Positions 1 through 11,253 of a DNA stretch of 64,000 nucleotides are shown here, piece after piece. The first letter of the stretch is position 1. Each line of letters opens with the position of its first letter. A program made the translations under genes and the position numbers. Source of the stretch: Ginglymostoma cirratum (Eukaryota); NCBI GenBank assembly GCA_024137785.1, contig JAHRHZ010000112.1:43690288-43754287 (forward strand). The letters run 5' to 3'. The notes beneath the pieces were generated by a model that was given only the letters and a program-made list of their open reading frames with translations, had not been told where the DNA came from and made no database searches.

Positions 1-129
1 TTAGTTAAGAACAAAAATGTACTTTTATGTAGGACTATTGATATACAAAATATCTCAAAATATTTCAGAGTGATGTGAAGAATCACATAATTGCTGAGAA
101 ATTGAAAGTACCAACAAGGAAAAGTTTTT

Positions 130-730
130 GAAAAGAATTATAAAACGTCTTAAAAGAGTGAGGGTAAAGGATTGAGCAGGTTTATTCCAAAATGTGGGCA
201 TAGAGTAGTTATAGACACAGCCACAAATAGAAAAGGGATCTACCAAAACCTGAAGTCAAAACAACGGAGTATATGATGTGTGTGTGTACATATGTGTGAG
301 TACATGTGTATGCGTGTGCATATATGTACGCGTGCATGTGTGTGTACAAGTGTACGTGTGTTTGTGCGTGTGTGTGCGCATGTGTGTGTGTGTAGTTTAT
401 TGAATTGGAAAAGCGTACAGTCTTAGAAGGGGCATGGCCATACAGAGATTTAAATATAAGGATGAGAATTTCACTACTGTTATGTTGAGGAACAAAAAAC
501 CAATGTTGGTCAGCACCTAAGCAATGAGGAGTGAGTAAACTTCATGTGTGATGGAATACAAGCATCAAAGTTCTGAAACAGCTAAACGTTGACCTGAATG
601 CAGTATGAAAATCCAACAAGGAGAACATGGGCTTGGTGAGTTTGAAGATGAAAAAGACAAGGATTTCAGTGGGTCAAGTTCGGGGTGATCTGAGAGAGGT
701 GGAAATAGGCAGTGTTAGTTATGAAGTGGA
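130..730 (-). mobile_element. Degraded L2-like LINE 3' fragment, interrupted by the microsatellite
   Basis: The segment ggggcatggccatacagagatttaaatataaggatgagaattt...caatgttggtcagcac resembles the better-preserved copy at about 33000-33130. Confidence 0.5.
277..393. repeat. Degenerate (TG/CG/TA)n alternating purine-pyrimidine microsatellite
   Basis: Direct reading: gtgtgtgtgtacatatgtgtgag...gtgtgcgcatgtgtgtgtgtgt. Confidence 0.95.
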
Positions 731-779
731 GCTATGATTTTCCAATGTTTTACTAAAAGCAAGTGTAGTTCATGATGGA

Positions 780-1265
780 AAATGGATAGAGAGAATGTGA
801 GCACTTCTTGGAAGGAGCCATTTGAAGATCTCAGCTCAGAACCAACACTGCCGTCAGAGCAGACAGAATCCTCATTGAAATCCTGAAATATAATGGAAAA
901 GCGCCCTTAGCTTGAGGAAAACATGAGTCACTGTGGTCATCTTCAAGAAAGGAGCTAAGACTGACTGTGGTAATTACAGAAGGATATCCCTCTGTCCATT
1001 ACTAGAAAGGACATTGCAAAAGTCCTCCTCAATCTTCTCCTTTTAGTGGGTGAAGACCTCCTCCCAGAGACACAATGAGGATTCGGACCATCAAGGCACA
1101 TTGGACATGATCTTCACAACAAGCCAAACCCAAGGGAAAGTGCAGAGATGGCAGTAACATCTAGATGTGGTCCTTTCTCACCTCACACAAACCTTCACCT
1201 CTGTCAGCTGGGAGGGACTAGAGAACATCCTAAAATTAGTTCGCCACAGGAATTCGTCACCACCC
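780..1265 (+). mobile_element. RTE-clade LINE reverse-transcriptase fragment (frameshifted)
   Basis: Piecewise translation gives VIFKKGAKTDCGNYRRISL...IAKVLLNLLLLVGEDLLPETQ*GFGPS...DMIFT, matching the RTE RT motifs KGD..DCGNYRGISL and LPESQCGFR...DMIF. Confidence 0.8.
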
Positions 1266-2529
1266 CATCCCCAAGATGCTTCTCTTAAGCGTGCAGCTAA
1301 TTTAACTGTTTAACATGTGTTTCCTCCAGTTTGGGACAGAGACGGACATGTTGCTTCTCAGCCAATGGATTCTATTTTAACTTATCTGGCTGGGCTTGTG
1401 CTGTGATAATGACAAGCAGCACGTAGTGAGATATGGTTCAGGACAATCTCGTATCAATTGTTCTGAACCTCTAGTTCGAGATAGAGCCTAAATGCAAATA
1501 GCAGGAGTGAGCAAAACCCCCAGCACTGACCCCAGCTATGTCACCTGAAGCAGGATGTGAGGATCGGGCAGCGGACTGTTCAGTCACCTCAGGACTCACA
1601 ACACCAGAGTGGAAGAAAGTGCCGAGGAACTGGCTAAGACTAGCACTGGAGTTAGATACAAGAAAATGTGCAGTAGACAACCTATGCAAAAAAAAACAGT
1701 GAAAGGATGTAATCCCTAAAATGGTGAGGCTCAAGAATGGAGGATCCAGGAACTCTTCCAAGATGGTGGCCTGGTAGGGGAGGAGGGGGTCAGTGTGAAT
1801 AGAAATTTCATAAAATGACAAATGAGGCTGTGTGTTTTATGTATGATGCATAAAAACAAAGAAATGCTATTGGAGTTCAGTTAAGACACACCAATAGCTT
1901 TGGACACCCAAATTACTGGCATGACATTAAAACAATGGGAAAGGCTCAGTCATATACCCTAAAATAATACCAAATGTGACAGAGAATAAATATGAACAAG
2001 AATTCACATATTTGGGGCTTTCTTTATGACAGCAAAGTAAAATGCTTTATTACATATTGACTGTTTAGGCCAGACTTGAAACAGTTGCTGGTCTTTTCCT
2101 GTGTGTATGAATGGTTATTTTTCTGAAAGTGTATGTAGCACTGAGATAAAACAAAGGCTGAAGGAGGCAACTGGTGAATTGTCAACATGGATCAGAGCCA
2201 TTTTAAGTTCACCAAATTCCCGACGTGCATATGTCTTTCCATTTTCTCCCTTGATCAACCTTTCATTCCATGCAGAAAACCATCTCATCTGTACCACACT
2301 GTCATGAAACATGGAAACAAAAATACATTCTTACCCTTTTCCACACTAAAAAATACATTTTCACAACTAAGAAGTGTTTGTTGGATTTGGTGCATAAGAC
2401 CCATTAGTCTTTTTTGCATTGATATCCTACTAGAACTAATATGGCAAGGTACTAAAGCAAGAGACTATTTCTCTCACACTTTAATGGGCCATTACCCACT
2501 ATTGACTAAGGCATGTGGCAGTTGAAGGT

Positions 2530-2731
2530 AAAACTCAGCAGGTCTGGCAGCATCTGTGAAGAAAAAAGTCAGAGTTAACGTTTCGGATTCCGTTCTGAGG
2601 AAGGGTCACCGGATCCAAAACATTAACTCTGTTTTTTCCTTCACAGATGCTGCCAGCCCTGCTGAGCTTTTCCAGCAACTTCTGTTTTTTGTTCCTGATT
2701 TACAGCATCCACAGTTCTTTCAGTTTTTATT
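2530..2731. mobile_element. Fold-back Penelope-like terminal-repeat derivative with degenerate hammerhead core
   Basis: Inverted arms ctcagcaggtctggcagcatctgtgaag and cttcacagatgctgccagccctgctgag surround ctgaggaagggtcaccggatccaaaac. tggcagtt is repeated at 2516-2523 and 2732-2739. Confidence 0.8.
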
Positions 2732-2739
2732 TGGCAGTT

Positions 2740-2873
2740 ATCAAGGGGATCAAGGGTTACTGGGAGAAAGCAGGAGAATGCGGTTGAGGAACTTATCAGG
2801 CATTATTGAATGGCGGAGCAGACTCGATGGGCCGAATGGCCTAGTTTCTGCTCCTATCTCTTATGGTCTTATG
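2740..2873 (+). mobile_element. CR1/HER1 LINE 3' end
   Basis: gaatggcggagcagactcgatgggccgaatggcct...tcttatggtcttatg is a typical CR1 3' UTR and tail, similar to 27150-27220. Confidence 0.85.
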
Positions 2874-4882
2874 GTTGAAGGTCTTCTTTTCTAAAACTGC
2901 AGGATGGCAGTGCAGTTTCTATTAAGAAAGGATACTTGTTTTCCAAATATTTGTTTTACAGTTTGATTTAATAATCCTGACCAAACAGTTGAGCCAACAC
3001 AAAGTCAAATATCAAGCTGATCTGAAATAGGTATCTGACTCTAAGACAGAGTTGATTTAATGATTGCGTATACATTCACTGATCTAGTCTAAAAGATAAT
3101 CCTCAATAACTGATAATGGTTAACTTTTACAAAAGGATGCCTCTGGCTTCTACCTCACGAGATAACAAATCTGAATAACTGGCAAAAAAAAATACTCTGA
3201 GCTCTAAATAGCTTGGCCAAAGTGAGGGGGAAGAAACTGAAAAATCAACGCTAGAAACATTTAGTAGGTCAGGCGGTATCTGCATAAAAAGGGAAAGCTG
3301 TTTTGTGTTTGAAATGAGTGTGCTGTTTCAGCCAATTTGTTTGAGCTTTTTGCTCAAGCTTACTCTTTTTTTATCTTGTTAAGATATTTGTCATAGCAGC
3401 AGACCAAAGCACATATGTGCTTGTTGGCACAATGTAAAAGCAAAGCACAACACAAAGCAAGATGCCCTTTAGGTCATTGTGAAAGCAACAACTAAATTAT
3501 TGACATAACTCTGGGAAGCTATTTAGAAAACAGTTTAAATTTATGTCACATAAAGTAAGTATTTATGAACATACACTGCTTAAAGCCTGTTGCGATTCTT
3601 AGAGAACTATTAAGTGTGATTGTCAGACTGTAACAAATAGCAAATTCCAGACAAGCAACATCCTGCTTTTAACTATAACATTTAGGTAATAATGTGGAGA
3701 TACCAGCTAAATTATTAATTTGGACACAAACGCTAAAGAAGAGCCTGGCTGCTTCTGGGTGAGTGAACAATTATAACTTAGTGAGAAGAAACGCATTTCG
3801 TTAACTTTCAGAGTTATGCAACATTTTCATAAATATTCAGTCTAGAAAAAGGTTGTCTCAACACACATATGGACAATAATAACATGAGCTGGGTACTTCT
3901 AGCTGCTATTGTGACACTAACTATACACTGAACGGATGTAGGTTTAGCCATATGACTAAATGACTACAATTTTAAACTGTGACGCCTTCCAAAAGTAGCA
4001 TTTTCAGTCCTACATACAAGTAATTGAAGTATGGCATTAAAGGTCTCTCCTGATACAAGAAATAGTGAGACGTTACTTTTGTGTTTGTAAAACACAGTTA
4101 ACACACAAAGTTATGCAAATGGGGGAACTGAGTTGAAAATCTTTGGGATTGTCTGTACGCAGCTGAAACACTTTCCTTTTCTGTGCAGTAATCTCAAATG
4201 AAAAGTAGTTACATAGTGTCAGCCTGGTTTCTAATGGAATAGTTTGACAACCTACACTTCTGCACTAGTTAGTGTTAATCTGCAGTCATGTCTATACTCG
4301 ACTTGTTGGTATATGGAATGGGTAACAGGCTTCCTGTGTGCCATGTGAAATAAAGTTTTCTAAATGGCTTTGCTACAAGAAGAATAATGACGAAATATGC
4401 CCACATTGGTTTTCTTTAGGTTTAGATTCAAACATATTAATGGACATTGCATGGCCCTTCGACAATAAAATGGAAAGTGTTGATGCTGAAACTAGTAGAG
4501 TGGAGCTAATGGGAAACATTGGAAGGACTGAGAGAAACAAATCTAATGACACCTTAAAAATGAATATAATTCTGGGAAAGGAAAGCTTTCAAGGCCATAT
4601 AGATCAATCTTTTTAAATTCTGTGTCTTGGTGCCTTGCTGTTTGATGCAGTCACTCAACCAGTAATTGGATTATGTTACGAAGAAACAGTAAATGTAAAA
4701 CAGTCACTAGAAAAAAGACTGTAAAAATAAAAATTGGGATCAGTTGAGGGGAACAAAGGCAGCCAATCAGTTTATGTCCTTATAAGAATGTTGACATTGC
4801 ATTTGTGCATCCCTACCAGCAACCAGAGGACTCAAGTGTATTTGAAAATCACGGGTCATTTAACAACAGGATCTGTGCTTAC

Positions 4883-4960
4883 CATTGTTTGCTTGCGTTT
4901 TCTCCCTGGCCTGCCTCGTCTTTTCTCCTTGTTTCTATTTTTCTCTGGCTGCTCATCATT
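4883..4960 (-). CDS. dnmt3a: Internal coding exon of DNA methyltransferase 3A, long-isoform N-terminus (equivalent to human exon 3)
   Basis: The minus strand reads ttgtttttatgatacag|AATGATGAG...CAAACAATG|gtaagc, with a canonical acceptor and a strong donor. It is 78 nt, phase 0 at both ends, with no stop: NDEQPEKNRNKEKRRGRPGRKRKQTM. The GRPGRKRK motif close to the exon end recalls human DNMT3A ...ARKVGRPGRKRKHPP|VES. The ORF track misses it because there is no upstream in-frame start. Confidence 0.8.
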
Positions 4961-5658
4961 CTGTATCATAAAAACAAGGTACAGACAACCATATGATTTT
5001 TTTTAATAAATGATGATATACAGGTTATTAGAATGATCAGCAGGGCAAAAGTCTTATATTTGCCATTTTCATTATGTATGGTAATGGACAGTTTATTTAT
5101 CTTCGATTAACATTTTCTTCTCTGTAATTCATTAAAGGTTTTGGCAACTTGTTAATGCCGACAGAATTTCTTCCACAATATGAACATTTTTTCCATTAAG
5201 GTGGTGGTTTTCTGAACATTCATCTCTAAAATGATACTGTGAATGGACAACGAGGATGTATCTCCTACACCAAGTATACGGTATGTCCCTCAGATAAAGG
5301 ACAATGTCAGAGTGAATTTTAAGGGGCAAATAGACAACAAGCAGGAATAAAGAATTGGAAATGCTAAAGACAAAGGTAAAAGAAATTGGTTTCTTTACAA
5401 ATCTCTGAAGATAGGGAGTGAAGTGGGAATTCAAAGTGGTTTTGAAGACAACTCCAAAGAATAATAGCAGAAAGATAGCAGAGTGGAGAATTAAGGAACA
5501 AGCATTAGAATAGAGGTTTAAGGATGAGAAGATGCAAGGTCTTATCTGTGACCGGAAAATATTGAATACCAAGCAAAGGAGCTTGAAGTTAATCTGTTGG
5601 GAAATATTGATTCAGTACAACTAGTTTTGAGGGTGTATGCAACACATTTGACAATGTG

Positions 5659-5849
5659 ATAGTAAGAACTGCCGATGCTGGAGTCTGAGGTAACACAGTG
5701 TGAAGCTGGAAGAACACAGCAGGCCAGGCAGCATCAGAGGAGCAGGAAAGCTGATGTTTCGGGTCGGGACCCTTCTTCAGAAATTTTGCTTTCCTGCTCC
5801 TCTGATGTTGCCTGGCCTGCTGTGTTCCTCCAAATTCATACTGTGTTAT
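5659..5849. mobile_element. Fold-back Penelope-like derivative with 16-bp TSD
   Basis: cacatttgacaatgtg occurs at 5643-5658 and 5850-5865. The arms are inverted, and the minus strand has CTGAAGA-AGGGTCCCGACCC-GAAAC-ATC at about 5750-5782. Confidence 0.85.
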
Positions 5850-6094
5850 CACATTTGACAATGTGTTGATTATGGAGGGCAGATCAAAAATAGTACAGTG
5901 AAGTACAGATAATGCCAGTGATCCAGAGCAGGATGGTGTTGATACCACAGGATGGCTCGAAACCAGACTAGTGAGATTCAAACAAGTGTTGGAGGAAGAG
6001 ACATTGTATTGTGAGGCCACCTGTTAAACAGATGAATACTTATAAATAACAATAATGTAGTCAGATAAAGCTCTGTACAATAAAGAGAAAGAAA

Positions 6095-7185
6095 TAACTT
6101 GCTCAGGTCATTGCAAAATGCTTCACACGCAAACTAATGAAGCAGAGTCACATATTTGGCAAAACATGGCAGAAATAGTGAGCTTAATTTTAACCGCGTG
6201 AAAAGGCGAGTTGAGAGTTGTACCAAAGTTTAAAATGTTATAACCAGTCTACATCCAATTGTAATGGAGGTGAGGAAAGGGCCATGTGAACCAACCAACT
6301 TGCTGACAGCAACAAGTCAGTTATTTAAATAATACAACAGGGCAGCCTGTCTTTGTTTAACACTCTGTCTATCTTTAACTAGAGGCAGCTGAACAAAGGC
6401 AAGAATGGGCTGAATCTATTGCTCATGGGCCAGGAAGAATAGGAGTGCTTCCTCCAGATGTCACAAACTACATATTAAATCCATCCACCATCTGTCAGCT
6501 CTGCCCCAGCACAACTGTCCAAACCCATATCTGCCCCTCTCAAACACCCCATCCACCCCTCTGCAATCCAGAACCAAACTCCACACCCTCACAATCTAGG
6601 TACCACTTCGTTCCCCTGTGTGATGTGGCCCCCACATTCCCATCAATACCCCTTGCCCAATAATCTTTCTCATTCCCAAAATACACTTACCTGCTCTGAA
6701 AGGCTTTGGGGGCCCTGTGAAACAAGCTTTCTGTTCAATAGGTCCCTGCCTGCCAACCAGGCAGGCTGTAGACTGGAATCCCAGTGACAGAGCAGACGAT
6801 CATTAAATTCTGCACGTCATTCAGAAAGCCCATTCCTCCGTGTTACATGATCGCACAGCCTCTCCTCGCACCCCTCTCAGAACTCACCTCCAGTTGGAAA
6901 TCTGGGCCAATATGCACAACAAGATCTCAGAAAGACCAGTAACTGCGGTTTTGCTGGTGTACTCTTAAGTAGAAATGTTGGCAAGAAAGCCTGGAGAACT
7001 TTCAACCATCGACTTTAAATAGTGATGTGGAATCTTTTTTGTCTAGCTAAATAAACAGTCGGGCCCTCACATCAGGTGAATCATTAAAGGAGAGCTCCAA
7101 CAATGTAATCCCTCAATACTTGGGACTTGACCCTACAGCAGATTGACATCAAGGTGACAGTACTATGACTGGGTCAAGCTGATCC
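6095..7185 (-). mobile_element. Deu-domain SINE (SacSINE1/AmnSINE1-like), split by a TIR element at about 6180-6908
   Basis: Antisense Deu-SINE segments aacttgc...aaaacatggcag and aatatgcacaacaagatctc...gggacttgaccc lie on either side of an insert with termini gagcttaattttaac and gttggaaatctgggcc. Confidence 0.55.
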
Positions 7186-8809
7186 AACATCCTGATTCTT
7201 TTACACATTACATTAAAAAATAAATTCGATTGAATTTAATTCAAAAGTTCTTGAATTTAATTCAAAATTTCCTTATTATATCAGTCAGGTTCTATAGGGG
7301 TCAGTTATTGGGTAAATGGATAAGATGGCTAATTGAAAAGACAAATTGTTTCTGTGTTGAATTGTCATTTCCTCTTCACAAAAATAAACAGATGATTTCC
7401 CTAAACCATAACCAAATCAGGCATGACCAATCAGCTGCTAAATGCATTGTATTTTTTGGACTTGTATCTTTTTAAAATAATCTTGCATCTTATAGTCTTG
7501 TTTTAAAAAGAGCCTGTAATTTTAAAAACCATTCCAGAAATAAATATTATAAATTGCATGAAGAATTACAAAGGACATATTGTAATTTCTGTGGCTCTTT
7601 ATAGATGTTTCACTTATTTTTCCATTGACCAGCATGACCTGAATATATTTTAAATATTTTAAGCTTCTGAACAGTTGGAAAAATTCACCACATTATTTTC
7701 TTGTTTCCATAAATACAACTTAAATAAGTACATGACAATACAATGGGAGAATAAGAAGTCTCCATGCCTGGTAGTAAATGGGTAGAGAAGCTGTCAAAAA
7801 GGAGTGGGAGATGGACCAGACTTTGATATGGTTTTACTGAAATTTTTGATGTAGATGCCAGGGACATGACTGCCTGAAGCCAACTTTGTTCTTTAAATAT
7901 GCAGATTAGGCTGTAATGATATCACTGGGGCCTGATTCTAATCTCTAGCAATCTATGTGGTGGTTACCTGCCAACACCAGCTTGTATGGTCATGGAGACA
8001 AGACCAGAAGAGGCCCAACATGGTACATTATCTTTCCATTTGTGTAGCAGCCACAGGAAGCTGAAGTGTTTCTCTAGGTCCCGCAGGGTGGCCTGGGTGA
8101 CCCTCCCACTGCCCAGTTGTGATTCCACCCCAACCACTTACCTCAGTGCCAAGTATAATTTCTTCCGGTTCCCAACAGCAGCTCATTTTAATATCCGAGC
8201 AGCAGCTTCCCATCTGCTTTGCTTCGGGAAGTTGGCTAGAGGCACGCCAATGCGAGCCCGCCATTAAAAATTGTCTGAATCTGCCCGCTGGTGCTCCCCG
8301 GGAGGTGCCAATCGCTCACTAGGTCGAGTTCTCACCTGAGAGTTAAAAGCGACCCCATTATCTTTCACAAGAAGGCAGAACATAAACCCATCCTTTTGTC
8401 GTACTTCGATCTGCTGGCTGGGAAAATCCAGCAGGACAACCAAACCCTGGCTGCTTAGTACACACCAGTAAGTTTCACCAAAGTGAACTATTGAGATACT
8501 ATCACCACCACGAACCATCTTGCACATTGTAATTAATTAAGTTCAGTTTGAGGTGTTGATTAAGCTTTGTGAATACTGGCAAAAGTATAACTTTTCAAAG
8601 TCAATTAACTGAAAGTGGAAATGAAAGAAAGTCAGACATTTATTGTCAATTTTCTTTGCGCAAATTAACTGCTTATAACCTGAAAGAAAAGACTTGTAAT
8701 TATTTGGCACCATTTCAAATCTTACAGAAACATTTCACAAGGAGATGTTCTGAAGTGTTGTCATACTGCTGTAGGGTAAGCTGGTTCGAGGTTGGATGAC
8801 ATTATTTAA

Positions 8810-10940
8810 ATACAGTGCCGAGTTTCTCCCACCCTGCTGTGGTCTGAGCAACAGTGGGAACGATGAGAAAACGCAGAGAATGAAACAATCAAATTCTGCA
8901 CACCAGGAAAATCTGTTTCCAATTTTCCCCTCAAGACATAAATGGTGACATCAGAATCTCGCCGTTGAGCAATGACTACCTCATAATGATGCATTTGCAT
9001 CTCATTAAAGGCCGAGCCTTATTTACACACCATTTCCAAGAAACAAGATATGCAAATTCATGACATGTAAATCAGAGTGCTACATGCCCAATTGCTCATC
9101 CTGTCCATCATGATCTGCTCCTTCACAGCAATATCCCTGTATACTTCATGGCTACCACCCTCCTTGATCCTTCATCCGCCCACTCTGAGATCAGCCTTCA
9201 CACCACTTCAGCTCCTGCACATTTTACTCTGGAGCTCAGGAACTCCTCGGATTTGCACACCTTACACAGGATGCTTAAACACAGGACACATCTTATGGCT
9301 GTTAGCTGCTGTCTGAGTGCTCACTCACTTCACACTGTTAGCCACCCACACACTCACTCACTCTCTTCAACACCTATTCATAGGCTGCTACCCTCTATAT
9401 GGCTCACACACTTGCTTAATGCATAGGGCCCATGGTGCTGAGTTAAAGCCTACCAGCTTCCATGGTTTATAACATTTAATAGCGCAAAGAGAGAGAGAGG
9501 TGGCGGGTGAGTGCTGAATGGTCAGTCTATCAGAGGGTGTACATGACACAGTGCTGCATTACATACAGCAATGTCAGACCTGCAGCAAGTACCAGCACAA
9601 GCTCACTGTACGTGCTTCACGCCGATGTCCATAGCTGACTGTTAAAGGGAGCAGTCCTTAGTGGGATAAAGGGGAACTGCATTCAGTCAATCAGCTTGTC
9701 CTGGGGCTTGGACAATGAGCTACAGGGGTTTGACCACTGTTAGTCAGGTACTTGCTCCTCCCAGAGCCCCAGGTCTGGGGGTCTGCCCATGGTCAGTCCT
9801 GCTGCAACTGTAAGCATTCCACAGCTCACAGGTCAGGGTCTCAGGGGGTGCAGATGAGACATCAGTCTGGGGGAGGATAGGCTGTCTCCTTCTGTAATGA
9901 GATAAAGAGGAGGAATGAGTACGATGGCAGTGGGAGGAAGAGCAGATATTAGTGAAGAAGAGACAGGAGAGATGGTGAGGTGTCTCCTCAGACAGCAGGA
10001 GCTGTCAGTGGTTTGGGAGGATGAGGTGGGTCAGAGCCACTGAGTCAATGATGATATATGCAGCAGTGAGAGATATGGTCCATGAGACTTGGTGAGATGA
10101 GTGAGCAGTGACAGAGTTAGAGAGAGTGTGGGCCCTGTCAGAGTGAGCAGACAGAAGATGATGGCAGCTGACCGTACAGAGTGCAGGAGGACACTGAGTG
10201 CCTACCTGCTGCTTGGTGTTCCTTTCCTGCAGAACACAGCCCTGACCCAGGCTGCTGGCTGTGACGAGGCTCACTGTATCCGGTGGCAGTGCCTCTGGTG
10301 GCACCCAAACCACCGCACCCTGCACCCTGCACCCCACCATGGTGGGGCTTCCCTTTCCTTGGAGCCATGGATTCTGTAAGAACAGCCAAGTGCCGCACTG
10401 TGGAGACCAGATCCTGGCTCAGAGCATTGGACCGATGTGCAGCCTGGCCTTTCGAGGGGTTAAAGCCAGAAGATGCCAGCAGTGGAGAACTTTGCTGCCT
10501 CTCTTGCTGCAGGGTTTCCTATAGAAGATGCCAACGAGCCAGGAAAAATGAAGTGAAAACCAGAGGATTGAGTGAGTAAAGTGAATCTAACCATGGCAGA
10601 CCAGGTGCTATGGTCTCAATGAACAAATCCTGCTTTTCTTGGCTGAGTGTGAGTTGCGTTGGGTTTTGTGGATTGAAACTTGCTGTGAGACTGGACACGT
10701 CTTCTCACTGCGTCCCTTCAATTGCTGTAGCAGACTCAGTGGTGAGTATCACATTGTATCTTCTTGCCTTTCACCATGTGCTGTTCTGAGAAGAATGTGT
10801 CACTCGCTGGACGTCCAGAGGAGGCACCACACACAGACCTCTCGAAAGTTTACGCTCAGAGGGTGGACAGGTAGTGGACCCTCCACTGTGCTGCAGATGG
10901 CACAGAGTTTGGCATGAACCCTGTTGCCATGCGGTCCAGT
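8810..10940. mobile_element. GC-richer degraded interspersed repeat, possibly PIF/Harbinger-related
   Basis: Composition shifts abruptly and resembles the 37085-38673 element. No intact ORF or diagnostic motif was found. Confidence 0.3.
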
Positions 10941-10944
10941 TCAC

Positions 10945-11253
10945 TTAGAATCACAACAGTGCAGAAACAGGCCCTTCAGCCCAACAATCAACACCAACAC
11001 TCTAAGCATCCCACACAGACCTATCCCCCTATAACTCACACATCCCTGAACGCTACAGGCAATTTAGCATGGCCCATCCACCTAGCCTGCACATCCTTGG
11101 ACTGTGAGAGGAAACCGGAGCACCCAGAGGAAACCCACACAGACACAGGGAGAATGTGCAAACTCCACACAGAGAGGTGCCAGAGGGTGGAATTGAACCT
11201 GGGCCCCTGGTGCTGTGAGGCAGCAGTGCTAACCACTGAGCCACTGTGCCACC
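10945..11253 (-). mobile_element. HE1-type V-SINE
   Basis: The minus strand has a tRNA-like head GGCACAGTGGCTCAGTGGTTAGCACTGCTGCCTCACAG with a B box (GGTTCAATTCC), the V-domain TGTGTGGAGTTTGCACATTCTCCC...GGGTTTCCTC and a CR1-like tail. Confidence 0.9.

Noticed and set aside
1410-1430. agcagcacgta resembling the miR-15/16 5' end
   Set aside because: The rest of the mature sequence does not match and there is no convincing precursor hairpin.
2115-2312. Protein-like minus-strand ORF (VQMRWFSAWNERLIKG...)
   Set aside because: No recognisable homology, and it does not resemble the expected next DNMT3A exon.
11180-11253. tRNA-like sequences at SINE heads (also near 15300, 23490, 47890, 58760 and 60431)
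   Set aside because: They are fused to SINE bodies and lack a complete cloverleaf, so they are not tRNA genes.
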